A stretch of 64,000 nucleotides of DNA. Origin: Marsupella aquatica. Its lineage: Eukaryota > Plantae > Marchantiophyta. A program made the translations under genes and the position numbers. Location of the stretch: positions 7,681,808 to 7,745,807 of the forward strand of contig OZ316891.1 in the NCBI GenBank assembly GCA_973895155.1, given 5' to 3'. Of the stretch, positions 49,440 to 62,509 are shown in pieces (within the stretch, counting starts at the first letter, position 1; each line of letters starts with the position of its first letter). Under the pieces are notes generated by a model. That model saw only the letters and a list, made by a program, of their open reading frames with translations, was not told where the DNA came from and did no database searches.

Positions 49440-52400
49440 TCAATAATAAACCCCATCCACATGCATGTGGGAAGTCATGTTCAAGCACTGTAGCAATGGT
49501 TCCCCCCTTGTGTTGACAGTGAACACAGTAATGCCACCGTTGTTAATATCCATGGCTCTGAACCTGTTTCAAAGTACAGCCACAAACATATCATTTCTTT
49601 GCACTACATGTTCTCTACCAACAGCCCGCCTCCTGTCAAATACAGAGTATCACGACCACAATTGCTTAAACAACTCTAAGTGTACAAAGTCTGGAAACAA
49701 AGTACACCAGCCAAACACGACGAAGGTTAGTGCCAAAAGAGAAGCAAATACCTGTCAGGTCCCATGCCTAAAGCTGTACACATCAGGGCTCGCAATATAG
49801 ACTTATGAGTGATGACCAAGACAAGTTCTCCCTTCACAGACCAAATATCAACGCATTGACTATTAGAGGCCAAGTGGAGCCAAGTGCACACATAAGATCC
49901 GCAGCATATTATCAAAATTACCAGCATATTTATTGTCCGTTTCGAATCTTGCAGTCTCCAGAAACTAGAAAGCTTACAAGTGCACACAATTCGACCACAT
50001 ATATCAAAGCCATTATCTTAAAGCACAAATCAATCATTGTGAGCAATACCAGGCTGAATCTTTTTACAGGCTTCCAGGATGTCTAGTAGTCGTATGTTAC
50101 TGTAGACTACAACACCTGTTGGTGAATCTTATCCCTGATCTTGCTTCAAAATGACAGCAGCCCAGCCAATTGTCTGCAAATGCAAATTTACCTCGGCTGA
50201 CAAGATTTCTTGCCACGCATGTTTGGCCTGTGCCCAAAGATTTACAACGGGATACACTCCATTGACTTGAAAGTTGACTGGATCTTCCCTCCATGTTCGA
50301 TAGATTTCCGGAAACTGCTCTTTTGCGTCGACTGTCATAAGTTTTCGGAACCAATTTCATGACTTAGAGATATGTAAGAGAACGAGTAAATCACAAATTA
50401 TGGCAAGGACATTCCCGACTGACGTGGACATTTCGACAAGTCATTCCTGAACCTTCGAAGTGCTCTATTTGAACAGTTTTCCTAGGTTACAAATTCTCTT
50501 CGAAATTGTGCTTTCCTGTCATAATATCAGTGTACTTGTAAGGAATACTTCAAGTTAATTTGACCAATTTTAGCTAATCTTGGCAGTAAAACAACATTGA
50601 CCTCTCTATTGAGAAATTGTTACTTATCGACTGAGATATCAAAGAAACCAACCCTCAGGAGGGTTAGCAGAGCTGTCAGCTTGCCTATGCAAAACTTTGT
50701 CTAATCTTGCCTACTACTCTTCTCTGGGTCTTGAGGCATTCATCGTTAGACAACATGAATCTATTGGAAAGCTCTGTTAGCTCAACACGGGATCGATTAA
50801 TCACCCTTGGGATTGTCCACAACAAGATCTATCTAGGGAAGAGAGCAATTGCAAGAAAAGAACGCTACAGAACCATGATGGAGATATAGATCAGAAACTA
50901 TCACGTAGTGGCACCAAGCAAGTCACACAAGGAGAAAAGAAGAATTCAGATAAACTTCATTCAGTTTTATTAGATGCAAGTGATGTTTTAAGCCCATCCT
51001 TCTCTTTTGCGAGATCAATCAGTACAGCTTACCATTACGCATGCCTTCCAAGAAGAGTAGGTTGGCTTCCTTCAGCGAGTCCAAAAACACAAGGGGCTCT
51101 TCCCTTCCACTCCACATTACCTCAGCGGTCGTCTTCAGAAATCAAATGAGAAGTCAGTCCATACTACAACAGATGCAAGCCAAATTGGAAACACATTTGA
51201 CCAGCTACGCAAAGCCAGCAGACAGACACACCTGAGATTTCATTCTACGTCCGGAGTTGAAAGTCAAACTTGGTCACATAAAATATATACATGTTGGTAT
51301 TTGATAAAGCTCCGTTGTCAAGGCACTCACTTTGGCGCGAGAAATGGGGCTGGCAAAGCATAAGTCAAATTTGAGGTTTGTTAGGGCCTGCTTGCATCTC
51401 AGGGCCTGTGCAATGCCCTCCTCTGACAGTGCCGAAAGATCTGAACTCCCCTGAAATGAACAGAACTAAACGTCATATGGGTCTCCAAAAGATGTAGGTA
51501 AGTGAATGTTATGCTGTAGCAAGACAGTATAGAGGTCCCAGATGCGCAGAGAAGCAAGAGTGTTACCCACATATCGTTGGATTATAGTGGGAGGGAGAAA
51601 AATCCAAGATAAACTATTTGTGTATGTGTTAGTTATGGTAGGCCTAGCTTATAGCTAAACTTGACAGCACTAGATTTGATTGCTGTAGAGTATGGTTCCG
51701 TTACTAGCAGGTCTAAATTTGGAGACAGCCCTGCCACAATTCTATTACTGTAGTATCTGTGAAGATAAAGTCTCCTCATTCCAGAACTAAAACCACACTA
51801 GATAGTGACCATAAAGGTCTCCACGCTACAGAACTAAAACTACACTGGACAGTGACACAGTAGACAACTACATCACTAAGTAAATGTACGTTAAAGAAAA
51901 CCCTCAGCACTGTTTGCTTTAACGTCCAGTCAAATGAACTGAGACAGCTAAATTGCGTGACAACCCACGAAAGTTGGATCAGTGAAGAGAGAGAATGGAA
52001 TCTAGAGGCAGAACAGCGTTTCGACGTCATCTTGTATAGGGACAAGAAGGCAATTTCAATGTATCCAATGAAGGCAATTCCCCAAACGAAATACAACCAT
52101 TGGGGTCAGAACAGAAATGACAGGAAATCACAGATGGCATCTCACTGACCTGAATACGACCTTCTGCATTCCATTCGCTGAGGCCATGTCTAACAAGAAC
52201 AATTTTCTTTGTCAATACCAGAGGCCTACTGCTAAGAGGCACTGTTGCACCACGGAAATCAAAAGCGCCACCCGTTATGGGCTGACGATCCAGGACTAAT
52301 GTCGATGTCAATGCAGCTTCATATCCGTTGATCGTAGTGTGCCGGTCAGTGGCCCCTGCAACGTCACAAATCTATTGTTATGACTGAGGAAAGCAAAATT

Positions 52401-54092
52401 CAAATCTAAGTTCCAAAACTCAAAGCTGTAGCCATGAAGGATGAAGAACGTGCTGGTGGGTAACAAGTGTCTACTATTATAAAGTGGAAGTCAAGCACCA
52501 CAAATGAATGATGTCATTCCACACCTGAAGTGTCCTCTCTGGTCACAGCTGCTTCCCCAACGTTCGCCTCGACCGCTTCCCTGCACAATCGCAACTCTTC
52601 CTGTATGAAATTCCAAGACCAGCAGAAAGATCGAAGCATGCACCCCTGAAACACAGCAGATGCTGATGCCAGCCGAAAGAAAATGACCTCTGACAGACAG
52701 TCGGTCATTGAAGTACATTGATTGAATGATTGCAAACGACTTAAGTCAGATAAAGACCATTGCAGCGCCAGACGAAAAAATTTCAAATTAGTCCAGACAA
52801 TTAGCCTGTCCTCTGGCATCTGACCGAAACCTAGGAATTTTTCAGTAATATGGCCAGCAGAACGGCACAATAATGCAAAATGCTTGTCAGCTCTAAGGTT
52901 CCATTACTGATGGAAAGGCGAAGATGACAAGTACCTGGCACATACATTCCCTCGTTCAACTTTTCCCAGGTTCCCAAAGATGGAGCCCTGCAAGACATCC
53001 AATTGTCAATTATTTATCTTAACTTTGGTCACTGTAGCCCGCCGTAGCAACTTGGCCTTCAGGACTGCGAAGAGTCCCCAACACTGCGTACATTAGGTTG
53101 AAAAAGCTTGATCACGTATACGGTAACGACATGCCCCCAGTCTGAGACCTTTGTCTGGTCATGACAAACTACATACTCAACTATCCACTTTAAAGCGAGT
53201 ATAGAGGCTTGTTTGTAGATCCAACACCCCACCAATTTAGCCTCAGGCCAGTGGTAGGAACGAAGGAAACTTAATGAGAGGAATTTCAAAATTCAGATAC
53301 CAGAATCGCACAGAGGCTGCAATCCGAGGGACGGGGAAAGCACCATCACAAGAGAAGGATTAACTTGCAAGCTACTAATACTACCTACAGAGCATCTACA
53401 GTAAGATGTTGGAACGAAGTTTCAGTCCATTATGAGCATCCATAGTGAGCAGCTCTCTCTACACCACAATTGAAATTCGATTTTGCAGGAATTTTGTTCC
53501 ACTAATGTAGAAATTCAAGCAACAGAGGCCATAGTAAACAGCCCGGAATGTATGTATTGTGCCGACACAGCACCTTCGCGTTGTGGTATTCGGGATGCTG
53601 GGGAGCGGCGGCGACTTTGCAAGACTGCATTTTCCTCGGAGTCTCAGGAAACGCCCCCGACCTTGGAGCCGCTTGACAAACCACGCTGTCTGAGGGCCGT
53701 GATCCGCAGCCGTGAACGCCCCATATCGAAGAATTCGCATCATGCTTCAGCTCCCAATTTGGAAACGACGATCCTGCAACGCTCCCGTGCTCGGCAGCAG
53801 CAGCCCCGGCAGCTGTCTGTAGGATTCTACTTTTGCTGTGCTGGTAAGTAACAGAAGACGAAGAAGAAGAAGAAGAAGAAGAAGAAGAAGAAGAAGAAGC
53901 ACCAGAAGAAGAACAGAGGAGGCCGAAAGGAAATCGCTGCTGCTGGCACCCACAACGTCTAGAAGGGTGAAGCAACAGAGCCGAACGGAATGTGGAACCT
54001 TTACCACTACCACTACCACTACCACTGCTTTGGGCAGTGGCAGCAGACGGCCAAACGGCGCTCGAATTCAGCCCAACAACCATGGCATCCAT
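49440..54092 (-). CDS. Histidine phosphatase / phosphoglycerate-mutase-family protein, single domain, plastid-targeted (CA1Pase-like)
   Basis: Motifs ITGGAFDF, LVRHGLSEWNAEGRIQ|GSSDLS, FASPISRAK|TTAEVMW…LDSLKEANLLFLEGMRN, WREDPVNF, LVITHKSILRALMCTALG, RFRAMDINNGGITVF…LNMTSHM. Ser-rich transit-peptide-like N-terminus. Core exons ~52150-52355, 51331-51451, 51032-51133, 50191-50332, 49752-49832, 49440-49564. The 5' exons (54092-~53660, ~52936-52988, ~52525-52600) are less certain. Confidence 0.88.
53861..53913. repeat. (GAA)n microsatellite encoding poly-Ser on the - strand
   Basis: Directly visible. It falls in the predicted transit peptide. Confidence 0.95.
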
Positions 54093-54560
54093 GGCCTTCT
54101 TGCTGGGAGTGGAGACAGACAGACTAGACTCTTTCCCCCGACTCTCTTATTCGAGAGAATAATCTCTATTACTTGTCTCCCATACACTTTCAGAGCATTT
54201 CAGTACTGCTACTTTGGACAGCAGGACGAGCAGAAGGCCAGGCAGCGCTCGAATTCAGCACAACGACCACGGCATCCATAACCTTGCTTTGCAGCAGTGG
54301 AGACAGACAGACTAAACTCCTCTCGAAGGTCTTTCTTTCTTCTTCGAGAACACTGATCACTATGATTTCTCTCCCCATATACTATCAGACCAATTCGGTA
54401 CCACTTCGGATGGCTGCAGACGGCCAGGCGGTGCTGGAATTCAACGCAACAGCAAAAGCATCCATAGCCTTGCTATCTGCAGCACACGAGACAACAGACT
54501 CACTCCCTTATTTCTAGCTGGAGAGATCAATGACCTCTGAAGTTTTTCTCCCCACACCTC
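54025..54560 (-). repeat. Three diverged tandem copies (~186-187 bp) of the phosphatase start-codon region
   Basis: ATGs at 54092, 54279 and 54465 encode MDAMVVGLNSSAVWPSA, MDAVVVVLNSSAAWPSA and MDAFAVALNSSTAWPSA. Confidence 0.9.
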
Positions 54561-55127
54561 AGTAGTCAGTGCTGAGAACCCGAATTCCAGCTCAGAATTC
54601 CCTCAAAGTCTCGGAAGCTCCAGACCAGATTTCTCAGGCCATCGTGCACTACAGTACTCGTTCGTTTGTGGACTTAAAATCGCAGTTGATTCGGATTTCC
54701 CCAGCAGATCTTTTAGAGCAGCAAAGTTTGTCGGAGCATTGTGCACTACCCGTTTTTTCTGTGGACTTAAGAGACTTCTTTATTACAGTATTCTGCTATC
54801 CAGAGAGGACTTCCGAAGTGCTTCCTTCTCGCCACGTCGACGGCTTCCGCCAATGGGTGCCCGTTGTCCTACATGGGGTCCCACCACTTGGGAAACTGGA
54901 AAGCTCTCGTAAATATAGTGTTACTAGATGGGCCCCTCAATTGAGAAGTGTTACTTAATGGACACTGTGAGGCCCCATGAGATTTTAGGACCGTGAATTT
55001 AAGGTCTATCAAGGGGTATGAATCACTCATGGGGTCCATCAAAGAATATCTCTCTTTAGCAAACCAGACTAGACCTGTTCACATACATTGCCTTTTTTTT
55101 TAACCAGGGTACCCTTCTGGTTAGAGT

Positions 55128-55540
55128 TAGAGCATTTTTGTGTGATAATTATATGAGAGGGCCTCTCAAACCTCCAAGTTTAGGGCATTTTGTGTGATAA
55201 CTATATAAGAGGGCCTCTCAAACCTCCAACTTTAGGGCATTTTGTGTGATATATTGTAGGGTGTCTCAGAGCTCCCGTTGAGGGCATGGCGTGATATATA
55301 GTAGGGACTCTCAAACCTTCTGGTTCACTCAGGGCATTGTGTGATATACAGTTAGGAGTCTCAAACCTCCCCATTTAGGGCATTGCATGATATCTAGTAT
55401 GGTGTCTCAAACCTCCACCTTAAGCATTGTGTGATGCATAGTAGGGAGCCTCAAACCTCCCTGTTAAGGGCATTGCGTGATATATAGTAGGGAGTCTTAA
55501 ACTTACCTCCCTGTTTAGGGCATTGTGTGATATATAGTAG
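55128..55540. repeat. Minisatellite, ~45-52-bp unit (AGGGCATTGTGTGATATATAGTAGGGAGTCTCAAACCTCC…), ~8-9 copies
   Basis: Directly visible degenerate tandem array. Confidence 0.9.
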
Positions 55541-57775
55541 TATTGTTAAAGGATTTCTCTTAGTCTTGTGACTCATAGATTGCGACACTTAAGCTAACCA
55601 CAGTTAGGGTCTTATTTGAGGTTAGGTTAGTCGTGTGTGACCTTGTATATACCAGGGCTAGTGTAAGCCACTGGTATGTGGTGCTTGCTCATTGTAATAG
55701 AGCAACTTGGGAAGAGGGAGAGCATGTGTGTTTGTCTACTCTTGAAGTAAAGTTGATGTGTTTGTGTGAACGTAACCTTGGAGAAGAGGTGAACCATGTA
55801 GAGATTGTGTCGACTACATGTGCATGGTATGAGTAATGATTGGATCGTCATGAAGGAAGACGTCTTCAACAAACATTGACTTGCCCCATGAGGCAGAGAT
55901 TTTGTTACCAAACCCCATGAGAAGTGCTTTCCAGATGCTCTGGTTCCACGTGCAGCCACATCAGCATTTTCCGTCACAAACATGGATGTCTATATTTGCG
56001 GCAATAACAAACACGACTGTGTCTGTTTGACTCGAGGCCACTCGCCACAAACACGACCATCTGTGCTTGACTCAAGGCCACCAATTAAAATGGTAAGACC
56101 AAGAAATGATTAAAAAATGCATGTAACAACAACACAGGGAAAACAACCACATGAATAAGCCATCAAATTTCTGAGATCAATGCATGCAGTTGATTAAGGA
56201 CAGCGGTGTGCACATTGAACTATTGATACAGTCAGTCAGGTGTCACATGATAAGGTTTGTCATCTCAAGTCCATTGGGGCTGAATGTTTGTAAAGGTGCT
56301 GTTTAGCTAATTAAGTGGGAACCTATTCACTATACAAATTTGAAGAAAATGGAGTTCCCAAACTTTGCAACCTGGCTTTGCAATGACCTTCATCAAACCA
56401 ATCAAATGAAAGCGACGGAAAAAGAAAAGTGGTGTGGGAATGGGGAAAGAAAGAAACAAAACACTGCTAATTGACATAAATTGTTTGACTGATTCATTCT
56501 TGTCCACACAAAATTAATTGAGGCAACTTGAATGGATCACCAGTGAAAAGTTGTGTACGAGGCAAAAGATAATAAAGTAACACCTTTCTTCTGAAACATA
56601 CTTGCACCACTAGCTATGAGTCAATGCAAAATGAATCATCATTGGACCTGATAAACGATGACAAAATAATGACTAACTTAGAAAGTGGACAAAAAGTGAC
56701 TAAGTTGTCCTCTCACAACTTTGGGGACAGAGGAGTTTAAACCTCCTAGTGTTTGGTTGTGTCTACGTACATCAATGCAATACATTATTCACTTGTAAGT
56801 TTACTAATCCTATAAGTATATATCTAACTAGCCTTACCTGTTCCTTGAGCATTAATAGAGACAAAGACCAAAATAAATATTGCAAAAAAAAAAAAGAATT
56901 TGATGCTATCTCCTGTTTCTGTTTCTGTTTCTGTTTACCCCATCCCCATATTTTTTTTTGCACCCTCACTTTGTCCTTATTTAGAGCCCATTTTCCCCTT
57001 TTTTTTGAGTCCAGCTTTGTCTTTATCTTTATGTGGAGTTACAGTCTAGACCCTTCACTCTAGACCCTAGCCCTTGAAAGTAGCTTATGTTTGCAATTTA
57101 TTACTAAGATTGCAAAAGAACAAGGGCACCCACAAAGGAGAGAGGATGCCACAGGCAAAAGACCCAATGAAGGGAAAACAGTGAGTATATTTCCGATATG
57201 TAACATGTTGTCTTGATGAATGTATACTTTGTATACAGTCTTAAGTTGCATGCTTTAGAATCATGTCTTCAGTTGTCATGAATTTTTGTCTAGGTTCTGT
57301 AGAAAAGTTTGGTAACTATTGACATAATGGACTCCATGTAAAAATTTCATCCTCTGTTACTATTTGCTGGACCTTTCTGTTGGTGTTAATGGTACAGTGA
57401 AAACTTTCTGTGCAATTGTGCAAGGAAATGCAGATTTCCATTACACTCAGTGACTCGACATTGGAGCTGTTGGGGCACTGCTTTTGTTGGATTCGTTGTG
57501 GGAAGAATTTAGCTACACTCTTGTTAACTTCCTGTTCGCATAGAACATGCGACCAAAGATCTCATGCAACCCACTGTAGTCATCTCCAATCAAACAGGTA
57601 TGGGAAGCACTCTACAGTTCAAAGAGGTTTAGGGTCCGTCAAACAGTACCTAATCAAAAAGATCATACCCTACAAATTTAGGAGAAGTTGATGCTTAGAT
57701 TTGGGCAAACATAATGCTAACATGGACTGAGTTCGTGAACCATGCAACTCCATGGCCTGTGACAGCTTTTAGGTG

Positions 57776-57905
57776 TTGTCTCATTGACAACCATCTTGCT
57801 TTCAAAATGTTCTGGACAATAGGTGGTTGCAAAAGTTCAATTGTCTCATTGGCAACCATCTTGCTTTCAAAACGTTCTGGACAATAGAGTTTGGTTGCAA
57901 AAGTT
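57776..57905. repeat. Tandem duplication, ~65 bp x2
   Basis: TTGTCTCATTG.CAACCATCTTGCTTTCAAAA.GTTCTGGACAATAG…GGTTGCAAAAGTTCA occurs twice. Confidence 0.85.
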
Positions 57906-59331
57906 CAGTCTTTCTCCACCAGTTTTTTTTTAGCACATTAGACATGGTTTGGAGTCTAATGTACCTACAGTGGTTTTCATGTATTATTAAGGGAGTTTGG
58001 AATTTGTGATGATTACAGCCTTACTCACTTTCACAGTTCACATTTGCAAATGTTCCCTCACTCTAAATCCCAAACCCTCTACCTCTAATGGAATCTGATT
58101 CTTTGCATTTGTTAGATGATTCCAATAAGAGTTATGTACTCAAATCTCATTGCAATTTCACAGACATGCAAATAGGCAAATAGACAAACATAACTGCCTC
58201 GATTTCAAACATGTTTCATTGAAAATTGATAACCGACGACTTTCAGATGACTATATGGAGTTCATCATATTTCACTGAAAATTGACAGACCTACAAATTA
58301 CTAAAGATTGGTTTTCTATCCCCATTCTGCTCAAATTTCGGGTACACTGAAGAGTGGGATGGAGGGTTTCTAAAAGTCCATCCTGGTTGCAAATCCTATC
58401 CACGCATTTAGGTAGGAGTGGATATCTATCCTTTCTTAGATTGGAATTTCGGTGCCCTACACAATTTAGACCCTTTTCATTGTTTATCATCACCAATCAC
58501 CACAAATAAGAATGCTGAGGAGAGCCAACCAAACACCAAAGCTTTCAAGTTGACATGCAGATCATAAGCAACAATTATTTTGCAACTCTGGGTCTTCTTT
58601 CGCTCACAAGCATGTAATCCCACGTCGCCATATATCCTCGAGTATTGTGGCATGACAAAAGTAATCAACACTTCAGCACAATCATAATTGGTGATCTAAT
58701 TTATTGCAGGTTTCTATGGAGATAAGATTTCTGTCTATCTAGATAAGGTTTTGAAGTTCAGCCAACGTCGATCGCACAACAGTGCACTTTCATCAACCAC
58801 ATATTTCCAAGCCAGAAGTCAATCCTAAGTCTACGACGACACTTTCAATTTCCTCAGACGAGTCGAATTCTGGTGAGGCCAATTCGAACGTCCAAGACAC
58901 TGTTGGATTTGGTGAAGCCATTGCGTGGGTATGAGGATGAGACGCCACTGGCAAGCACTTCGACGAATGAGTTGAGGTTCAAGAATGGGACCGGTCAAAA
59001 ATGTGAGTTCAAAGCCGAGCAGAACTCTCGAGTCTTGAGTATATAGTACAAGGCAAATTCGCTTTGAGCGAGAGGCCTTCGAAACAAAGACGGCTGTAAA
59101 TCAATCGCTTCCCTTCCCGTTCTGTTCCATAACAACAATGCCATCCGAGTGCAATGCTGAATTCTTGCTGGGGTTGAGAGAATGGCAAAGAAAGAGTATG
59201 GTTGACTGTCCCCGCGATATTGGATTTCCAATAGCTCGTGAGGTGTGGTTATTCGAAAAAATGTCGAAGAAGAAATTGTCGTCCAATGGAGTTGGACTCG
59301 ATCTGCTGAACTAATCGAGGTTGCTGTGGGG

Positions 59332-61798
59332 CTACTTATCAGCAGTTGCTTTGCTTCTCTGTTTCAGCAATTTCTCGAGTTCCTCCTTTCCTCCGACCTT
59401 CTCAAGCTCCTGATAGAGTACATCAAGCCGGCACTTATATCTCTCGCTACTGAGATCAATCATCATTCTGTCATAATGTACATCAAGTCCACTAGTGCGG
59501 ACATTGAGAACCGACTCAAGAGATCGATCTTGCAATGTACTCAAACCAAAGTACTTAGGATAGCGAAGTCCATGAGGAATAAGCATTTATGTGGAGTAAA
59601 TATGAAAGCAATCAGGTACTACATCGACATAATAGACAGCGAAGGGACTACCGTAGGTTCACAACATACCTGCGGTCCCAAAAACAGACCATATGGAACG
59701 CCCTCGAAGAGATCGGCGTGGTGGAGCTGCATCAAAGAAAATAGGCAAGCAGGATAAGCGCATGCACAACACATCGAGCGAAAATCCTGTCTCGAGTAGT
59801 TAAGCTAGCGTATGTCTTTCACTCTGTACACCTCAGGAGCTCAGGCTTCAACTGGCGGGACGTAAGGGAAGAATGATCGGTGGCGTCTTGAATGCACTTG
59901 TTCAGTCAGAATGGAAGAAACCGTCGAGATTCTTCAGGGGTCAGACGCAGGAATGACGTGATCAAAATAAACAATTAACACGCAACAGACCAAGAGTGGG
60001 ACCAAGATCCAACTTGTCAATGTAAGTGACGCACGTTGAGTAAGGAGGGATAAGGTCGCAAAAACGAATAAGATTGAAGGCTGAAATGCATTGTAACCAG
60101 TACCTGGTGTGCGGCAGCAACCTTCTGCAGATACGGCACGCCAGCAATGGGCCCAACCGGAAAGCGCCGATGAACGAGCCCATCATGTACGAACATGTAA
60201 GAGATGCCGAACATGGTAATGCCCAAACCCTGCATACGCAAACCTTGAGTAAGTTCTCTTGACTTCCCCAACAAAGAATGCTTGACATTTTGTTGAAATA
60301 TCCAATGCAGACAGCGACTAAACAGAATCTACTCACAGCTCCAAAGCAAAGCCCCGGTACAATCCCTTTGTTGAGAAAGCCATAGAGCATCAATGAGATG
60401 GCAGGGACTGCGTTGATGATAGCAAAAATGTCGTTCGTCTCAAATGGTCCGTCCCTGGGTTTATGGTGAGACTGCGAAGATCAGACGAGCAGGCACTTGA
60501 GACCACGGAACAAAGCGCACATTGAAATGCCTACAGCTGTGTGCATGTTCCACAGAGCAACTCGGAGAGTGACTCACCTCGTGCATGTTCCACAGAGACG
60601 CATGCCAGAGAGCTCTATGTGCCCAGCGCGCCCAGAACTCCATCCCAATCTATCACCCCAGATAATCCCAATCAGTCCCGATGCGGACTACAAGTCTGAT
60701 GACTCAATCAAATTAAATTCAAGCAGTCTGTCACATCAAATAGCTGATTAGAAACTCTCTTTCGCAATTACCCAAACTTCCCATGATTCCCGTCCTCTCT
60801 CAGCTTGAGAATAAGTTTTCTCCAGTCGAACGTTCCCCATCTTGAAAACAAATTTCTTCCTTGACAAATATAGATTTCAGCTGCTACTCTCGTCCACATG
60901 GAGCACGAGATTTAATCTCTACCTCTTGCATGCTTCACTCAGAAGGCCAGTCCCCGTGAAGGTGAAGCTCACAGCTGTGCTGTTCATGAATTGCATGTAG
61001 TGATCATGATGTCGCCAAAGAGATGGACAAAGGTTAAACCCTACTTACAGCAGCACCGACAGCGAGCGAGAACGTTCCAAAGATCTCAATGTAAGGAATT
61101 TCTCCACTGGACTGCAGACATGCCAACAAAGACAGAATTTCAATTTCAGAACTCCTCTGCTTTAGAGAATTCAATCGGAAAGTTTCCAGAAAGAAGAGTG
61201 CTTTTCATTCATTCTACAAAAAAATCGAAGCGGTCACTTTACGCAGTGGGATCCGATCTCAGACCAAGTGAAAGGGACAGAAGCTCATCAAAGTGGGAGA
61301 AACAAGTACCGGCATTTGCCAGACGAAGCGATAAAACACGGCAGCTGCAGCCAAGGCCGTGAAGCCGGTCGTGGATGCGATTGCCGCAAACAAGTACGTT
61401 TTCTGCTGACCCCTCCGCTTTACAATTCTGTTGCTGACCTTGTTCTCCATACCTGCGCTAAATCTTTTGATGGTGTCCCCAACCTCCTCCAATCCACTTT
61501 TCAGTTCCTCCGAAGAGATGACAGTCTTCAGCTCCTGCTCCTTTCGCTCTGCACCTGTTCCAACATGCGCATCATCTCCTCGAAGTACCGCTGAAATGCT
61601 GCTCTTCCGATGTTCAGCACAGACCGGCGATGGTGCTCTCAATCCAGCCAGCGACGACAGATACCTCCCTCTCCTGGGGAGTAGCGCACACCTCAGCTGT
61701 CCAGAGCTCGCGGGCGGCCATCTGTTAGAATTCGTGGCCGCAGTTCGAAATGTCTGCAATCCACCTTCCACTACGGGCAAAGGCGCTGCCGACAGCAT
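59332..61798 (-). CDS. BCH: Beta-carotene 3-hydroxylase (non-heme di-iron), 7 exons, plastid-targeted
   Basis: Motifs TYLFAAIASTTGFT…VFYRFVWQM, GMEFWARWAHRALWHASLWNMHE|SHHKPRDGPFETNDIFAIINAVPA, MFVHDGLVHRRFPVGPIA, AAAHQ|LHHADLFEGVPYGLFLGPQ|ELEKVGG. All His boxes are intact. Exons approx. 61310-61798, 61049-61111, 60578-60649, 60337-60471, 60104-60229, 59670-59726, 59332-59409. Confidence 0.97.
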
Positions 61799-62482
61799 TG
61801 CGGTCACCACCACCAATCCCCAAGCCGCCCAGCTCGTACTCCCTACTTCAAGAGTTCGCCACTGTAAAAGTTCCCTCAGTACCTTGCTCTCGCTCTTTTC
61901 TATCCTTCGGGAATCGGATCAACACCCGTCTCGCAAAGGCCTCGTTCAACAAAAGCTCACGCTGAAAAAGCTCTCTCCTGAGCTAGAGTTGCCCGATCTG
62001 AAGAGAAGTAAAACCGAGCTACTGCACTCCATGAGGTCTCAATGGGAGGGGCCCCTGTTTGATCTTTTGGGAATCGGAATCCACGGCCTCTGCCTTGCTG
62101 TCTGCCGCACAGGACATCATGGCCGCCGCAGAGAAGGGGCGATTTATAGCCACTCCAACAGTGAAATCTCGAGACCTCCACTGCCCGTCTCTCCTCTGCT
62201 CCGATCGAATGATCCAGAATTCCAGATGGCTTGCAGGGAACGAAATGCAAGTCAGCACAGTAACGAGGATGTGTGCGTGGGCATCCCACCCGTTCACCAC
62301 CGCGGAGGCGATTCTGCCTCTGGACGAATGTCGCCCTCCCGGCGCACTGCGTCATCGATCTCCCCACAAGCCACCCAACTGACCCAAGCCTCAGTATCCA
62401 ACAATTCGGATGGCTGGCATTCGAACGCACCCAAGCAATTCACTCGGGAACCACGATTCTATCATCGCACGACTGTATCGCC

Positions 62483-62507
62483 TCTCTCTCTCTCTCTCTC
62501 TCTCTCT
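62483..62507. repeat. (CT)n microsatellite upstream of BCH
   Basis: Directly visible. Confidence 0.9.
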
Positions 62508-62509
62508 AG

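Noticed and set aside
53747-54281. Poly-Arg and poly-Leu ORFs
   Set aside because: Alternative frames of the (GAA)n tract within the phosphatase first exon.
59245-59757. 170-aa + strand ORF
   Set aside because: Antisense to the last BCH exons and intron, with no recognisable motif.
45131-61798. Metabolic gene cluster (phosphatase plus carotene hydroxylase)
   Set aside because: Both are probably plastid proteins but act in unrelated pathways. Adjacency alone is not evidence.
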